Source: an uncultured Verrucomicrobiae bacterium
GTDB lineage: Bacteria; Verrucomicrobiota; Verrucomicrobiia; Chthoniobacterales; UBA10450
Assembly: GCA_963772365.1 (NCBI GenBank)
Contig: CAVYXA010000002.1
Span: 32,763 to 96,762 of the forward strand
Direction of reading: 5' to 3'
Length of the DNA stretch: 64,000 nt
Shown: one piece after another, positions 29,219 through 40,646 of the stretch
How positions within the stretch are numbered: position 1 is the first letter of the stretch
How the letters are laid out: each line of letters starts with the position of its first letter
Position numbers and translations under genes: made by a program
Notes under the pieces: model-generated
The model's database searches: none
The model's input: only the letters and a program-made list of their open reading frames with translations
Told to the model about the DNA's origin: nothing

Positions 29219-31177
29219 TTACTTTTTCTTGTCTTCGTCCACGACTTCGAACTCGGCATCGACGACGTCGCCTTCGGGCTTCGATTCGCCCTGTTCGGCG
29301 CCGCCACGCGGTGGCGTCTGCGGGCCGGGTCCGGCTTGCGGCCCGGCCTGAGCACCCGCTTGAGCCGAGGCCTGTTTGTAAAGTTCGGCGCTGACTTCCT
29401 GAAACTTGTTCTGCAGTTCGTCGTAGGTCCGCTTCATTGCGTCGGTGTCGTTCTTGTTGATCGCTTCATGCACCGCGGCGATGGCGTCTTCGACCTGCTT
29501 TTTCTTGTCGCCGGAAATCTTGTCGCCCAACTCCTTGAGTTGTTTCTCGCTCTGGTAAGCGAGCATGTCGGCGTTGTTCTTGATCTCGATCGCTTCCTTC
29601 GCCTTTTTGTCCTCTTCGGCGTGCGATTCGGCTTCGCGCTGCATCTTCTCGATTTCTTCCTTAGACAGACCCGAGCTGCCGGTGATCGAAATTTTCTGTT
29701 CCTTACCGGTGCCGAGATCTTTCGCGGAGACGTGCAGAATGCCATTGGCGTCGATGTCGAACGTCACTTCAATCTGCGGAACGCCGCGCGGCGCCGGCGG
29801 GATTCCATCGAGATGGAACGTGCCGAGGTTCTTGTTGTCGCGGGAGAGCGGACGCTCGCCTTGCAACACTTTGATTTCCACGCCCGGCTGATTGTCGCTG
29901 TAGGTCGAAAAGATTTGCGACTTCCGAGTCGGGATCGTGGTGTTGCGCGGAATCATTGGCGTTGCTACTCCCCCGGCGGTTTCAATCGCCAGCGTGAGCG
30001 GAGTCACGTCTAAGAGGAGGACGTCTTTGACGTCGCCCTTGAGTACGCCGCCTTGAATGGCCGCGCCGACCGCGACGACTTCGTCGGGATTTACTCCCTT
30101 ATGCGGTTCTTTGCCGATTAACTGACGCGCAGTCTCGATCACTTTCGGCATGCGGGTCATACCGCCAACGAGCACAAGCTCGTTCACGTCGCGCTCCGAA
30201 AGCTGCGCATCTTTCAAGCATGCTTTCACAGGCGGGATTGTCCGCTGGAACAAATCGTCCGTGAGCTGCTCGAGTTTGGAGCGAGTCAGTTTTTTCTGAA
30301 TGTGCTTCGGTCCGCTCGCATCGGCCGTGATGAACGGCAGATTGATCTCGTATTCCTGCGAGCTCGACAGCGCGATCTTCGCTTTCTCAGCTTCTTCCTT
30401 GATTCGCTGGACCGCGTCCGGCTGTTTGGTCAGATCGATGCCGCTGTCTTTTTTGAACTCGGCAATGATCCAATCCATCACTTTCGCGTCCCAATCGTCA
30501 CCACCGAGGTGCGTGTCGCCGTTGGTTGCCTTTACTTCGAAAACGCCGTCGCCGATTTCGAGAACGGAAATATCGAACGTGCCGCCGCCCAAATCGTAAA
30601 CGGCAATTTTCTCGTCCTTCTTCTTATCGAGACCGTATGCCAGCGAGGCCGCGGTCGGTTCGTTAATAATTCGCAGCACTTCCAGGCCGGCGATTTTGCC
30701 AGCGTCTTTGGTCGCGTTGCGTTGAGAGTCGTTGAAGTATGCCGGAACCGTAATGACGGCCTGCGATATTTTCTCGCCTAGCTTTGCTTCCGCGTCGGCT
30801 TTCATTTTCGACAAAATCATCGCCGAAATTTCCGGCGGCGAGAAAGTCTTGCGCTGGCCGTTGACTTCGAGCTGCACATGGGCGTCGCCATTGGCTGCCT
30901 TCACGATTTTGTACGGGACTCGGTGCTCTTCCTCGTGGATCTCGTCGAACTTGCGCCCCATGAACCGCTTGATTGAAAAAACTGTGTTCTGCGGATTCGT
31001 CACCGCCTGACGTTTCGCGGCCTGACCGACGAGCCGCTCGCCATTTTTGGTGAATGCCACGACTGAAGGCGTCGTGCGCGCGCCTTCGCTATTTTCCAAA
31101 ACTACCGGGTCGCCACCCTCCATCACGGCCATGCAGGAGTTGGTGGTTCCCAAATCGATACCTAAAACCTTTGCCAT
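29219..31177 (-). CDS. dnaK: Chaperone DnaK
   Basis: [25 protein letters not shown]. Confidence 0.98.
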   Translation of the reverse strand: MAKVLGIDLGTTNSCMAVMEGGDPVVLENSEGARTTPSVVAFTKNGERLVGQAAKRQAVTNPQNTVFSIKRFMGRKFDEIHEEEHRVPYKIVKAANGDAHVQLEVNGQRKTFSPPEISAMILSKMKADAEAKLGEKISQAVITVPAYFNDSQRNATKDAGKIAGLEVLRIINEPTAASLAYGLDKKKDEKIAVYDLGGGTFDISVLEIGDGVFEVKATNGDTHLGGDDWDAKVMDWIIAEFKKDSGIDLTKQPDAVQRIKEEAEKAKIALSSSQEYEINLPFITADASGPKHIQKKLTRSKLEQLTDDLFQRTIPPVKACLKDAQLSERDVNELVLVGGMTRMPKVIETARQLIGKEPHKGVNPDEVVAVGAAIQGGVLKGDVKDVLLLDVTPLTLAIETAGGVATPMIPRNTTIPTRKSQIFSTYSDNQPGVEIKVLQGERPLSRDNKNLGTFHLDGIPPAPRGVPQIEVTFDIDANGILHVSAKDLGTGKEQKISITGSSGLSKEEIEKMQREAESHAEEDKKAKEAIEIKNNADMLAYQSEKQLKELGDKISGDKKKQVEDAIAAVHEAINKNDTDAMKRTYDELQNKFQEVSAELYKQASAQAGAQAGPQAGPGPQTPPRGGAEQGESKPEGDVVDAEFEVVDEDKKK

Positions 31178-31260
31178 ATATAATTAAGTCCTTTCTTCGG
31201 TCGATCCACCAACGGACAAATTTGCCGCGGCGAACGAGATTTCGACCTACGCGCGTCTTT

Positions 31261-31276
31261 AGCAAAGCTTGCGCCA
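31261..31276 (-). promoter_or_regulatory. Sigma-54-type -24/-12 promoter for dnaK-groES-groEL
   Basis: Minus strand TGGCGC-AAGCT-TTGCT, about 84 bp upstream of the dnaK ATG. Confidence 0.65.
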
Positions 31277-31572
31277 TTGCCAGTGATTCGATGTAACTAC
31301 CTGACACACAGATGATAGCGTAGATTCTGGACGAAGGCACTATCGGCTAAAGTGCGACAACGCGGCGCAGATCGCAGATTGTGGCAAGATCCGAGCGCGC
31401 CAACGCGGCGCGAACACCCGCGCGTCCGCGTCACTCTGTTTTGGCGCGGCAAGCGATGCCAATATTCTCCTGATCGAGCAGAGTCCGCGCGGTCACGTGT
31501 CTGGAATTGAAATTCGCACAATCGGAAATTGGATATTTGCTTGCGGGCATATCGGCTGCTCATTGAAATTGT

Positions 31573-31800
31573 GTGCAGGACGAGGGGGCTAGAGTTCCAT
31601 CAGAGACAGCGCCGCTCCGCGCAACTCAGTTACGCTTTGATGAACTCAAGAGGCAATTGGTCGAAAACGAATCGCAACGAACGGAAATTACCGGCTACAT
31701 CAATCAATTGTCGATCCAACTGCATCGCTGGCGGTTGCGCTTGCAAAGTTTGAACGCGCGCAAGGAAGAGCTCGAAAAGGAATTGCGGGCAATAAAGTGA
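31573..31800 (+). CDS. Small coiled-coil hypothetical protein
   Basis: 75-aa ORF with a heptad pattern. Confidence 0.5.
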   Translation: MQDEGARVPSETAPLRATQLRFDELKRQLVENESQRTEITGYINQLSIQLHRWRLRLQSLNARKEELEKELRAIK

Positions 31801-31848
31801 TCGCCAGAAGTCTCGTCGAAACGATTCCCAGCGTCAGATTGCCGGGTT

Positions 31849-32322
31849 TTAAGGTCTGTTGATTCGACGGGCGATCTCGTCCGCCTCGATTTCCAGTGGC
31901 GCCTGGGCGTATCCGACCGTGAAACAGTCGAAAATATATTGGCGCAGAAATGGAAGGATACCGCCGAGCCGTTCGTACTGAGAAGTGTGAACCAGCTCGT
32001 GCGCGACCACATGTCGATCCTCGCGGCAATCGGACCGAATGAAAATACCGTATTGAAACGTGAGGCCTCTCGCGGTTCCGGTCAGCAATTGGATTCCAGC
32101 CATGGCCGCTTTTAGCAGCGGATGTTGCGGAGCGGGAATCTCGTCTACCGGCAGGACGCGGACGGTTTCGGGTTTTTTTACGCCGGCGGCTCTGGCGTCG
32201 TCTATTTCGACAGAGGAAAGCGGTATTCCCTCACGCAAGATTTTCGCTTCCTGTTCCACCGCCCATTCCGCTGCCAATGGCAACAGAAGTTCCAGTTGTT
32301 CGGGAGAAGGTTTTCGTTCCAT
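31849..32322 (-). CDS. HExxH (DUF4157-like) putative metallopeptidase
   Basis: AHELVHTSQYERLG...PLEIEA. Confidence 0.75.
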   Translation of the reverse strand: MERKPSPEQLELLLPLAAEWAVEQEAKILREGIPLSSVEIDDARAAGVKKPETVRVLPVDEIPAPQHPLLKAAMAGIQLLTGTARGLTFQYGIFIRSDCREDRHVVAHELVHTSQYERLGGILPFLRQYIFDCFTVGYAQAPLEIEADEIARRINRP

Positions 32323-32398
32323 CCGAAAAGAAAGAGCAAGAATCCGGCCAGCGAATGATCAAGCGCAAATGCCATCTCGCGTTCGATTTGTTGATGAG

Positions 32399-32812
32399 AT
32401 GAGCGTGCAAGTTTACGGTTGCAACCACGTCGCCATTGAGGTCGACGACATTAAAAAGGCAGTCGCGTTCTATCAGGACGTATTCAATCTCGAGAAGCTC
32501 GATCGCGGCGAGGGTGACGCGTTTTTCAAGCTCGGAGAGCATCAATTCCTCGCCATTTTCGAGGTCGACAAGCTCCAGCCGGCAAACATGCGCCATTTCG
32601 GAATCATTGTTCGCGACGAGCAACAGCTCGCGGAAGTGCGAAAGAAGATCACCGGCAAATACAAACTGAAATTGCAGCCGCCGTTCCGTTGCGATTTTCA
32701 CGATCCCTGGGGAAACCGAATCCAGGTTGTCGATCTTCACGACGAATCGCTGATCTGGCTTTTGCCCTATCGGGAAGTGCAAAAGGCGGGCGTGAAGTTC
32801 GGGGAACTCTGA
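32399..32812 (+). CDS. VOC/glyoxalase family protein
   Basis: NHVAIEVDD, HFG, DPWGNRIQ. Confidence 0.88.
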   Translation: MSVQVYGCNHVAIEVDDIKKAVAFYQDVFNLEKLDRGEGDAFFKLGEHQFLAIFEVDKLQPANMRHFGIIVRDEQQLAEVRKKITGKYKLKLQPPFRCDFHDPWGNRIQVVDLHDESLIWLLPYREVQKAGVKFGEL

Positions 32813-32841
32813 CGGGGCATGCGGAGATTATTAAAAAATTT

Positions 32842-33180
32842 CTATGCCTGGCCCCTGGCCTTGTCGATCTCGAGATATTCGTCGCGCGGCGGGCTGAACG
32901 TGTCGAGGACGCGTGTTTCTTCCATGGTTTCAACGCCGTGCGGCACGTTAGCCGCGAGATAAAATGAATCGCCCGGAGCAAGTTCGTGCGCGGTTCCATC
33001 GACGATCAATTTCATTCGACCGGACAAAATATGGACGACCTGTTCCTGCGGATGTCGATGTTCCGGCATTTTACTGCCGGCATCGAGCTGGGCGATCATC
33101 TGATACATTGTTTTGCCGCTGGCGACCGTCTGTCGTTTGATGCCGGGACAAATCTCAATCCAAGAGTTTTCGTTTTTCAT
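32842..33180 (-). CDS. Cupin domain protein
   Basis: HRHPQEQ, VPHG, DTFSPPR. Confidence 0.88.
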   Translation of the reverse strand: MKNENSWIEICPGIKRQTVASGKTMYQMIAQLDAGSKMPEHRHPQEQVVHILSGRMKLIVDGTAHELAPGDSFYLAANVPHGVETMEETRVLDTFSPPRDEYLEIDKARGQA

Positions 33181-33239
33181 GATGGCATTAACGGACAATC
33201 GCCCGTACATCAGGCATCGAACAAAGCGCCGGGGCGGGG

Positions 33240-35000
33240 CTATTTTTTGCTCTTCTTCGATTCGCGCTTGGATTCCTTCGCTTCCTTCGGCTCTTTTTCT
33301 TCCTTTGGTTCTTTGGCGGTTTTTTTCGATTCGCCCGGCCGATATTCTTCCTGCTCAGCCGCGGCGAACGCTTTTTCCAAACCGACCATGTCTTCGCCGG
33401 GGCGCAGCGTATCAAAGGTTTCGGCTTCCTTGCGCAATTGTTCCTCGGTGTAATTGGCGGCTTTGATCGACAAGCCGATCCGACGCTCGACCTTGTCCAC
33501 CTTAATCACGCGCGCTTCGACTTCCTGGCCAACCTTGAGCACGTCTTTCACTTTGGCGACATGATCCTCGCTCAATTGAGAGATGTGCACGAGCCCGTCG
33601 ATGTCGTCCTGCAACTGCACGAACGCGCCGAAACTGGCGAGCTTGGTGACTTTGCCGGTAACGAGATCGCCAATCTTGTATTTCTGGTCGATGTTTTTCC
33701 ACGGATCTTCGCTGAGCTGTTTAATGCCGAGACTGATGCGCTGATTCGTCTTGTCGATGTCGATCACTTCGGCTTCGACTTCGTCGCCTTTCTTAAACAT
33801 TTCGCTGGGATGATTGATCTTGCGGGTCCAGCTCAGATCCGAGACGTGGATCATGCCGTCAATGCCTTCGTCGAGCTCAACGAATGCGCCATACGCGGTC
33901 ATGTTGCGAATCTTTCCTTTTACCCGGCTGCCGATGGTGAATTTCTTCTCGATCTCATCCCACGGATTCGGCTCGAGTTGACGCAGGCCGAGCGAAATTT
34001 TTTGTTCGTCCTTATTCACGCCGAGCACGACTGCTTCGACTTCCTGGCCGGCGGTCAAAATATCCGATGGCCGCATGATGCGCTTCGTCCAGGAAAGTTC
34101 GGAAACGTGAATGAGTCCTTCGACGCCTTCTTCCAATTCCACAAATGCGCCATAGGGAACCAGATTCGTGATTTTGCCTTTGACGCGCTGACCTGCAGGG
34201 AAACGCTCCTCGATTTGGTCCCATGGATTCTTTTGGGTCTGCTTCAGGCCGAGCGAGACGCGCTCTTTCTCCTTGTTGATGTCGAGCACAACGACTTCCA
34301 ACTGCTGCCCCACTTTGACCAACTCGCTCGGATGTCCGAGCCGGCCCCATGTCATGTCGGTGATGTGGAGCAATCCATCCATTCCATCGAGATCGATGAA
34401 CGCGCCGAAGTCAGTGAGATTTTTGACGGTGCCAGTCACACGATCGCCGACCTGCACGCTCTCCATGAATTTCTGCCGTTTTTCGCTTCGCTCCTGTTCG
34501 ATTAGTTCACGCCGGCTCAGCACGACATTCCGGCGATCGTCATTTATTTTGACGATCTTGAAGTCGTAAGTGTTCCCGACAAACTGTTGCAGATCTTTCG
34601 GTGGAACCACGTCGATCTGCGATGCGGGCAGAAAAGCTTCCACGCCGATGTTGACCATCAAACCGCCTTTGACGACGGATTTCACCTTGCCGGTGATCAG
34701 GCCATCGCCCTGAAACACGCTCGCGATCTTGTTCCAATTCTGCCGATAAGCGGCCTTTTCCTTTGAGAGAACGACCATGCCCTCCTCGTTTTCCAGTCGC
34801 TCGAGCAACACATCGACTTCGTCACCCACTTCCAGGTTCTCGACGTCCTCAAATTCGTTAATCGAAATCACGCCTTCCGATTTGTAACCGATGTCCACCA
34901 GAACTTCGCGCGGGCGAACCTCCAGAATCCGCCCTTTGACGATGCTTCCTTCGCGGAAGTCCGGCATCGGCTTCGACATCACATCCTGCATTTGAATCAT
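33240..35000 (-). CDS. rpsA: 30S ribosomal protein S1
   Basis: Six S1 repeats (GAF...GLxHxS/T). Confidence 0.96.
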   Translation of the reverse strand: MIQMQDVMSKPMPDFREGSIVKGRILEVRPREVLVDIGYKSEGVISINEFEDVENLEVGDEVDVLLERLENEEGMVVLSKEKAAYRQNWNKIASVFQGDGLITGKVKSVVKGGLMVNIGVEAFLPASQIDVVPPKDLQQFVGNTYDFKIVKINDDRRNVVLSRRELIEQERSEKRQKFMESVQVGDRVTGTVKNLTDFGAFIDLDGMDGLLHITDMTWGRLGHPSELVKVGQQLEVVVLDINKEKERVSLGLKQTQKNPWDQIEERFPAGQRVKGKITNLVPYGAFVELEEGVEGLIHVSELSWTKRIMRPSDILTAGQEVEAVVLGVNKDEQKISLGLRQLEPNPWDEIEKKFTIGSRVKGKIRNMTAYGAFVELDEGIDGMIHVSDLSWTRKINHPSEMFKKGDEVEAEVIDIDKTNQRISLGIKQLSEDPWKNIDQKYKIGDLVTGKVTKLASFGAFVQLQDDIDGLVHISQLSEDHVAKVKDVLKVGQEVEARVIKVDKVERRIGLSIKAANYTEEQLRKEAETFDTLRPGEDMVGLEKAFAAAEQEEYRPGESKKTAKEPKEEKEPKEAKESKRESKKSKK

Positions 35001-35247
35001 AAATAAAATGGCCTCCTTGGGGCACAGCGACGCTCTCATCGAGCATCGATCTTTCCGCGTGGCTAAAGAGCGGAATTGGGGAGGCCAAAGTAGGCGCTTT
35101 CGTTGCGCAGGTCAACTCTGCAGGATGTGCCATTCTGGGCCTAGAAAACCCTCAAGAATTGATCTCGGTCCGGCAGCCGCCGGACTCGACTTCGCTTCGG
35201 AATGACGGCATTGTTGAGCACTGAAGGTTTCTCCCTAGTGTAGAGCA

Positions 35248-35790
35248 ATGTCGATCTTGCGCTTCCTAATCGTGTTTGGGCTCATTTCGCCGGCCTTCTT
35301 TTCCGCTATTGGACAGGATAAGCTGGACAAAAAACTTGTTAAGCCCTCGGCGGAGGAGACCGTGCTCGAGGCCATCAAGTCGCCACAGCTCAGCGTTGTC
35401 CACCTTTGGGCGCCGTGGTGCTCGAATTGTCAAGCCGAGCTCAGAAGCGGCGGCTGGACAAAAATGGTGAAGGCGAATCCACAGGTGAAATTTTACTTCG
35501 TCTCGGTTTGGGACGCCGGCCAGGACGGTCGCGCCATGTTAAAGAAATTCGATATCGCTGATCAACCGAACGTCACGGTCCTGGCCGATCCCGGTCCGCG
35601 CGGCCAGGATCACATTAAACAATTTGCCGGGTTGCCCCTTTCCTGGATTCCGACAACGTGGATTTATAAGGGCGGCGATCTGCGTTACGCGCTCAATTAC
35701 GGCGAAATCCATTTCCCGGTGCTTCAGCAATTTCTCGAGGACAGCCAATCGGAATGGTCGCATAAGGGCGAACCGAAGCTTGAAGAATGA
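35248..35790 (+). CDS. Exported thioredoxin-like protein (TlpA type)
   Basis: Signal peptide, WAPWCSNC, IPT cis-Pro loop. Confidence 0.8.
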   Translation: MSILRFLIVFGLISPAFFSAIGQDKLDKKLVKPSAEETVLEAIKSPQLSVVHLWAPWCSNCQAELRSGGWTKMVKANPQVKFYFVSVWDAGQDGRAMLKKFDIADQPNVTVLADPGPRGQDHIKQFAGLPLSWIPTTWIYKGGDLRYALNYGEIHFPVLQQFLEDSQSEWSHKGEPKLEE

Positions 35791-36640
35791 GCGTCGCGAC
35801 GCTTTCGCCTAACAGGGCTACGGCAAAGTTCCGTCTCGCTGGTGGCGGCCAGCCATTAATTCTTTTGCCGGTGCATGTGAACGGCGAGGGCCCATTCGAT
35901 TTCATTTTGGATACGGGCGCCGGAACATCACTGCTCTCCCGGGAGCTCGCGGGACGCCTCGACGTGAAAATCATCGGCTCCAAAGATGGACATAGCGCGG
36001 GCGGTCGAGTTTCTGTTTCCCTCGCGAAGCTCGATTCGCTGGCGGTTGGCGATATGAGAATGGGTGATGTCGATGTTGGAATTGTCGATCTTGCACATAT
36101 TGGGCGCGCCATAGGGGCACAGATTGATGGCGATCTTGGTTACAATTTCCTGAAACATTTTCGAGTAACCATCGATTACGGCGCAGCGAAATTCGGCTAG
36201 AGGATCCAAAACGTCGCGAGAACATTGGCGACAACAGTTTTACTCAAGTGCCGATTCGTTTGGCCAGCCCGGCCAAACCGCTCATCCTTCTCCAGATTTA
36301 CGCAAACGGCCGGGGACCATTTCAATTTGCGGTGGATACCGGAACATCGACAAGCGCAATCACGCCGGAGCTGGCCAGCGAATTAGATATTCAGGGATCA
36401 CCGATCGACCCGCTTACCACTGGAAGTGCTTCGGTCGCCGCGGCCACTGGCTCGTTGCGTTCGTTTCAATTGGGCGGCGCCAAAGTCGACAATTTCGCTG
36501 TCGTGATCGCGGATTTTTTTGGTAAATTGAGCGAGATCGTCGGCGTCCGGCTCGATGGGATCGTTGGCTATAATTTCCTGCGCAATTACAAAGTGGTGAT
36601 CGATTACCCGAACGAAACGTTGAGTTTGATTCTCCCATGA
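35787..36640 (+). CDS. Twin-domain retropepsin-like aspartic protease (apparent frameshift near 36195)
   Basis: FILDTGA...DGDLGYNFL and FAVDTGT...DGIVGYNFL. Confidence 0.82.
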
Positions 36641-38079
36641 TTGAGATGCCGACTGCTCCCGCCAGTTCAACCAGAAAGCCCCCGGCGATCCTCGCATTGA
36701 TCGGCGATACGCCACTGGTCGAGGTCACGCAGATCGATACCGGGCCGTGTCATCTTTTTCTGAAATTGGAAAATCAGAATCCCACCGGCTCGATCAAGGA
36801 TCGCATCGCGCTGTCGATGATCGAAGCCGCGGAACGAGAGGGCAAATTACAACCCGGTGGAACGGTGATCGAGGCGACGGCCGGAAATACCGGGCTCGGT
36901 CTGGCCCTGGTAGCGGTAGCGAAAGGTTACCGGGTCGTGCTCGTGATTCCCGATAAGATGTCGCAGGAGAAAATTTCGCACGTCAAAGCGCTCGGCGCGG
37001 AAGTCGTTCTCACTCGCTCCGATGTCACGCGTGGTCACCCGGAATATTATCAGGACATCGCGGCGCGTTTGGGCGAGGAAATTCCGGGCGGCTTTTACGT
37101 CAATCAATTCGGGAACCCGGCCAATCCGGAAGCGCACGAACGCACCACCGGTCCCGAAATCTGGGAACAAATGCGTCACGATGTCGATGCTGTAGTCGTG
37201 GGAGTCGGCTCGGGCGGAACATTGACTGGGCTCGGCCGGTTTTTTAATCGGGTGAAACCGCGCCGCGGCATCGAAATGATCCTGGCCGATCCGACCGGCT
37301 CCGTTCTCTACGAGTATGTGAAAATGGGCAAACTGGTGGAGGCGGGAAGCTGGGCCGTCGAAGGGATCGGCGAAGATTTCATTCCCGACATTGCCGACAT
37401 GTCGCTCGTGACCGATGCATTTGAAATCGATGACGAGGAAAGTTTCGCCACAGCGCGGGAACTCTTACACAAGGAAGGAATCTTTGGCGGCTCATCTACA
37501 GGCACTTTGGTGGCGGGAGCATTGCGTTATTGCCGGCAACAGACGAAGCCGAAACGCGTGGTCAGTTTCGTTGTCGATACCGGGAACAAATATCTCTCCA
37601 AAATGTACAGCGATTTCTGGATGACCGAGCAGGGATTCCTCCATCGCCAGCCTCACCGTGATTTGAGCGATCTGATTTCACATCGTTATGAAAAAGGTGA
37701 AGTCGTTTCCGTCGGACCGGGCGATAGTTTGCTCACCGCATTCAAACGAATGCGGGGCGCGGATGTTTCGCAACTGCCGGTAGTAGATAAGAATGGCCGC
37801 GCCGTTGGCATTCTCGATGAATCCGATGTGCTGATGAAAGTCCATCGCGATCCATCGCATTTTCGGGATGAAGTGAAAAACGCCATGACCGATAAACTGG
37901 AAACACTTTCCCTCCAGGCCAAGATCAAGGATTTGATCGACGTGTTCGATCGGGGCCGCGTGGCCATTGTCATGGACAACGACAAATTTCTCGGCCTGAT
38001 CACCCGCACCGATTTGCTTTCCTATCTGCGGCTGCACATGCCCAAGTCCGCGGCGCCAATCGAACGCGAGTACAGTTAG
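36637..38079 (+). CDS. Cystathionine beta-synthase with CBS domains
   Basis: NPTGSIKDR, ATAGNTG, GSGGT, C-terminal CBS pair. Confidence 0.9.
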   Translation: MIEMPTAPASSTRKPPAILALIGDTPLVEVTQIDTGPCHLFLKLENQNPTGSIKDRIALSMIEAAEREGKLQPGGTVIEATAGNTGLGLALVAVAKGYRVVLVIPDKMSQEKISHVKALGAEVVLTRSDVTRGHPEYYQDIAARLGEEIPGGFYVNQFGNPANPEAHERTTGPEIWEQMRHDVDAVVVGVGSGGTLTGLGRFFNRVKPRRGIEMILADPTGSVLYEYVKMGKLVEAGSWAVEGIGEDFIPDIADMSLVTDAFEIDDEESFATARELLHKEGIFGGSSTGTLVAGALRYCRQQTKPKRVVSFVVDTGNKYLSKMYSDFWMTEQGFLHRQPHRDLSDLISHRYEKGEVVSVGPGDSLLTAFKRMRGADVSQLPVVDKNGRAVGILDESDVLMKVHRDPSHFRDEVKNAMTDKLETLSLQAKIKDLIDVFDRGRVAIVMDNDKFLGLITRTDLLSYLRLHMPKSAAPIEREYS

Positions 38080-38164
38080 CGCTACATCGTTACATCGAAC
38101 GATTCACGAATCTCGATTCACGAATATTCTACATGAAAAGAAGTTACGAATTCGCCGGTCTATT

Positions 38165-38275
38165 GGGAAGACAGGCATCCATGCCTGTCTCGGCCAACAG
38201 GCATCTTGCCTGTCGGATTATGATAAAGCAGGCTAGAAGCCTTCTTGCCAGGACAGGCTGGAAGCCCGTCTTCTT
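38165..38275. repeat. REP-like element, family D (caggcatcttgcctg / caggctggaagcc)
   Basis: Related copies at 28510-28560, 39446-39492 and, in-frame, 4922-4972. Confidence 0.75.
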
Positions 38276-39436
38276 ATGAAAAGAAATTACGAATTCGCCA
38301 CTCGCGCTATTCACGCCGGTCAGGAACCCGATCCTACGACCGGCGCGATCATGACGCCGATCTATGCGACATCCACCTATGTCCAGGAGAGTCCGGCCAA
38401 GCATAAAGGCTACGATTATTCGCGCTCGATCAATCCCACCCGGCTGGCCTATGAAAAATGCATCGCCGATTTGGAAAATGGGACGCGCGGATTTGCGTTC
38501 GCTTCGGGGTTAGCCGCAATGGCCACCGCGCTCGATTTGCTCGATAGCGGTTCGCACATCGTGGCGAGCGATGATCTCTACGGCGGCACCTTTCGCTTGT
38601 TCGACAAGGTCCGGACCCGCTCGGCCAATCTTGAGTTTAGCTACGTCGATCTTACCAACGCGGAGGCATTCGAGACCGCGATCAAACCAAATACCCGCAT
38701 GGTCTGGATCGAAACACCCAGCAATCCGTTGCTCAAGCTGATCGATCTGGAAGCGATCGCCAAGATCGCGCGCGAACACAAAATTCTCTCGGTCTGCGAT
38801 AACACATTCGCCACACCGTGGATTCAACGCCCCATCGAAGGGGGTTTCGATATCGTGATTCATTCGGCGACGAAATATCTCAATGGCCATTCCGATTTGG
38901 TGGGCGGCGTGGCGGTAGTAGGCGATAACAAGGAACTGGCCGATCAACTGGCGTTTCTCCAAAATTCAGTGGGCGCAATTGCCGGCGCATTCGATAGTTT
39001 CCTTGTTCTCCGAAGTTTGAAAACGCTCGCCCTGCGCATGGAGCGGCATTGTTCGAATGCGATCGAGATTGCGCGCTGGCTCGAAGAACAATCCGAGGTC
39101 AAAACAGTCCATTATCCCGGGCTCAAGTCGCATCCACAACACGATCTCGCCCGGACGCAAATGCGCGGGTTTGGCGGAATGGTGACAATGGTTTTGAAAA
39201 CGGGCCTCGACGGAACAAAGCGATTTCTGGAAAACACAAGTCTCTTCGCGCTGGCGGAGAGCCTCGGCGGTGTGGAAAGCTTGATCAATCATCCTGCCCT
39301 CATGACCCACGCCTCGGTGCCGAAAGAGAGACGCGAAGCGCTCGGCGTGACCGATTCGCTCGTGCGACTTTCGGTAGGCGTGGAAGACGTTCGCGATTTG
39401 ATCGATGATCTGAAGTTCGCCTTCGAAGCCATTTAG
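38276..39436 (+). CDS. Cystathionine gamma-lyase/synthase
   Basis: [43 protein letters not shown]. Confidence 0.92.
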   Translation: MKRNYEFATRAIHAGQEPDPTTGAIMTPIYATSTYVQESPAKHKGYDYSRSINPTRLAYEKCIADLENGTRGFAFASGLAAMATALDLLDSGSHIVASDDLYGGTFRLFDKVRTRSANLEFSYVDLTNAEAFETAIKPNTRMVWIETPSNPLLKLIDLEAIAKIAREHKILSVCDNTFATPWIQRPIEGGFDIVIHSATKYLNGHSDLVGGVAVVGDNKELADQLAFLQNSVGAIAGAFDSFLVLRSLKTLALRMERHCSNAIEIARWLEEQSEVKTVHYPGLKSHPQHDLARTQMRGFGGMVTMVLKTGLDGTKRFLENTSLFALAESLGGVESLINHPALMTHASVPKERREALGVTDSLVRLSVGVEDVRDLIDDLKFAFEAI

Positions 39437-39498
39437 TTACCAGCGCAGGCTGGAAGCCTACTCGCCGAGACAGCCAAGATGGCTATCTTCCATCGTGT

Positions 39499-40584
39499 AT
39501 GGCTAACACTTTCGGCCAACTCTTTCGCGTCACCACGTTTGGCGAATCACACGGCGGTGGCGTCGGCGTTGTGGTCGACGGTTGCCCGCCGAGGATCGAC
39601 ATCAGCGAAGCCGATATTCAATGCGAGCTCGATAGACGACGGCCTGGACAAAGCAAGATCACCACCCAACGACGCGAGGAAGACCGCTGCGAAATTCTCT
39701 CCGGCGTTTTCGAAGGCAAGACGCTCGGCACGCCGATTGGTATCCTCGTTCGTAACAAAGACGCGCGGCCGGAAGATTACGCCGAGCTGGCGGATAAATT
39801 CAGGCCGTCTCACGCGGATTTTACCTACGAGGCGAAATACGGAATTCGGAACTGGCAGGGCGGGGGACGCGCATCCGCGCGCGAGACGATTGGGCGTGTG
39901 GCTGCCGGAGCGGTCGCGAGCAAGGTCCTGCGCACATTTTATCCGAAGATCGACATCGTCGCCTATGTGAAACAGGTTCACGAGATTGGTGCCAGGATCG
40001 ACAGGTCGCGAGTGAGAAGGAAAGATGTCGATGCAAACATCGTTCGTTGTCCGGATGAAAGCGCCGCCCGGTCGATGATTGAGATCATCGAGCAGGTGCG
40101 CGAGAAGGGGGACTCGTTAGGAGGAATCATTGAATGCGTGGTCCGGAATCCTCCGGCGGGTTTAGGCGAACCTGTCTTTGACAAGCTGGAAGCAGATCTG
40201 GCCAAGGCGATGCTGAGCCTGCCCGCTACGAAAGGATTTGAAATCGGTTCGGGATTTGAAGCGAGCAAGATGCGCGGCTCCCAGCACAACGATCCCTTTG
40301 AAATGAAAGCCGGCAGCGTTCGAACATCGACAAATTATTCCGGCGGCATCCAGGGCGGGATCAGTAATGGCGAGGAAATTTATTTTCGGGTTGCCTTCAA
40401 GCCGACGGCAACGATTGTTGCGCAACAACAAACAATGACTCGATCGGGCAAAAAGGTGAAGATGGCAGCCCGCGGTCGGCACGATCCATGTGTGTTGCCG
40501 CGAGCCGTGCCGATGGTTGAGGCGATGGCGGCGTTAGTGCTGTGCGATCATGCATTGCGCCAGCGCGCTCTCAGCCGGCCATAG
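39499..40584 (+). CDS. aroC: Chorismate synthase
   Basis: [28 protein letters not shown]. Confidence 0.97.
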   Translation: MANTFGQLFRVTTFGESHGGGVGVVVDGCPPRIDISEADIQCELDRRRPGQSKITTQRREEDRCEILSGVFEGKTLGTPIGILVRNKDARPEDYAELADKFRPSHADFTYEAKYGIRNWQGGGRASARETIGRVAAGAVASKVLRTFYPKIDIVAYVKQVHEIGARIDRSRVRRKDVDANIVRCPDESAARSMIEIIEQVREKGDSLGGIIECVVRNPPAGLGEPVFDKLEADLAKAMLSLPATKGFEIGSGFEASKMRGSQHNDPFEMKAGSVRTSTNYSGGIQGGISNGEEIYFRVAFKPTATIVAQQQTMTRSGKKVKMAARGRHDPCVLPRAVPMVEAMAALVLCDHALRQRALSRP

Positions 40585-40646
40585 GCCCTGGCTGAAATTA
40601 GGGCCGCCATACGCCCGCAGTTCGATCAAAACTCGAATATTGGATT

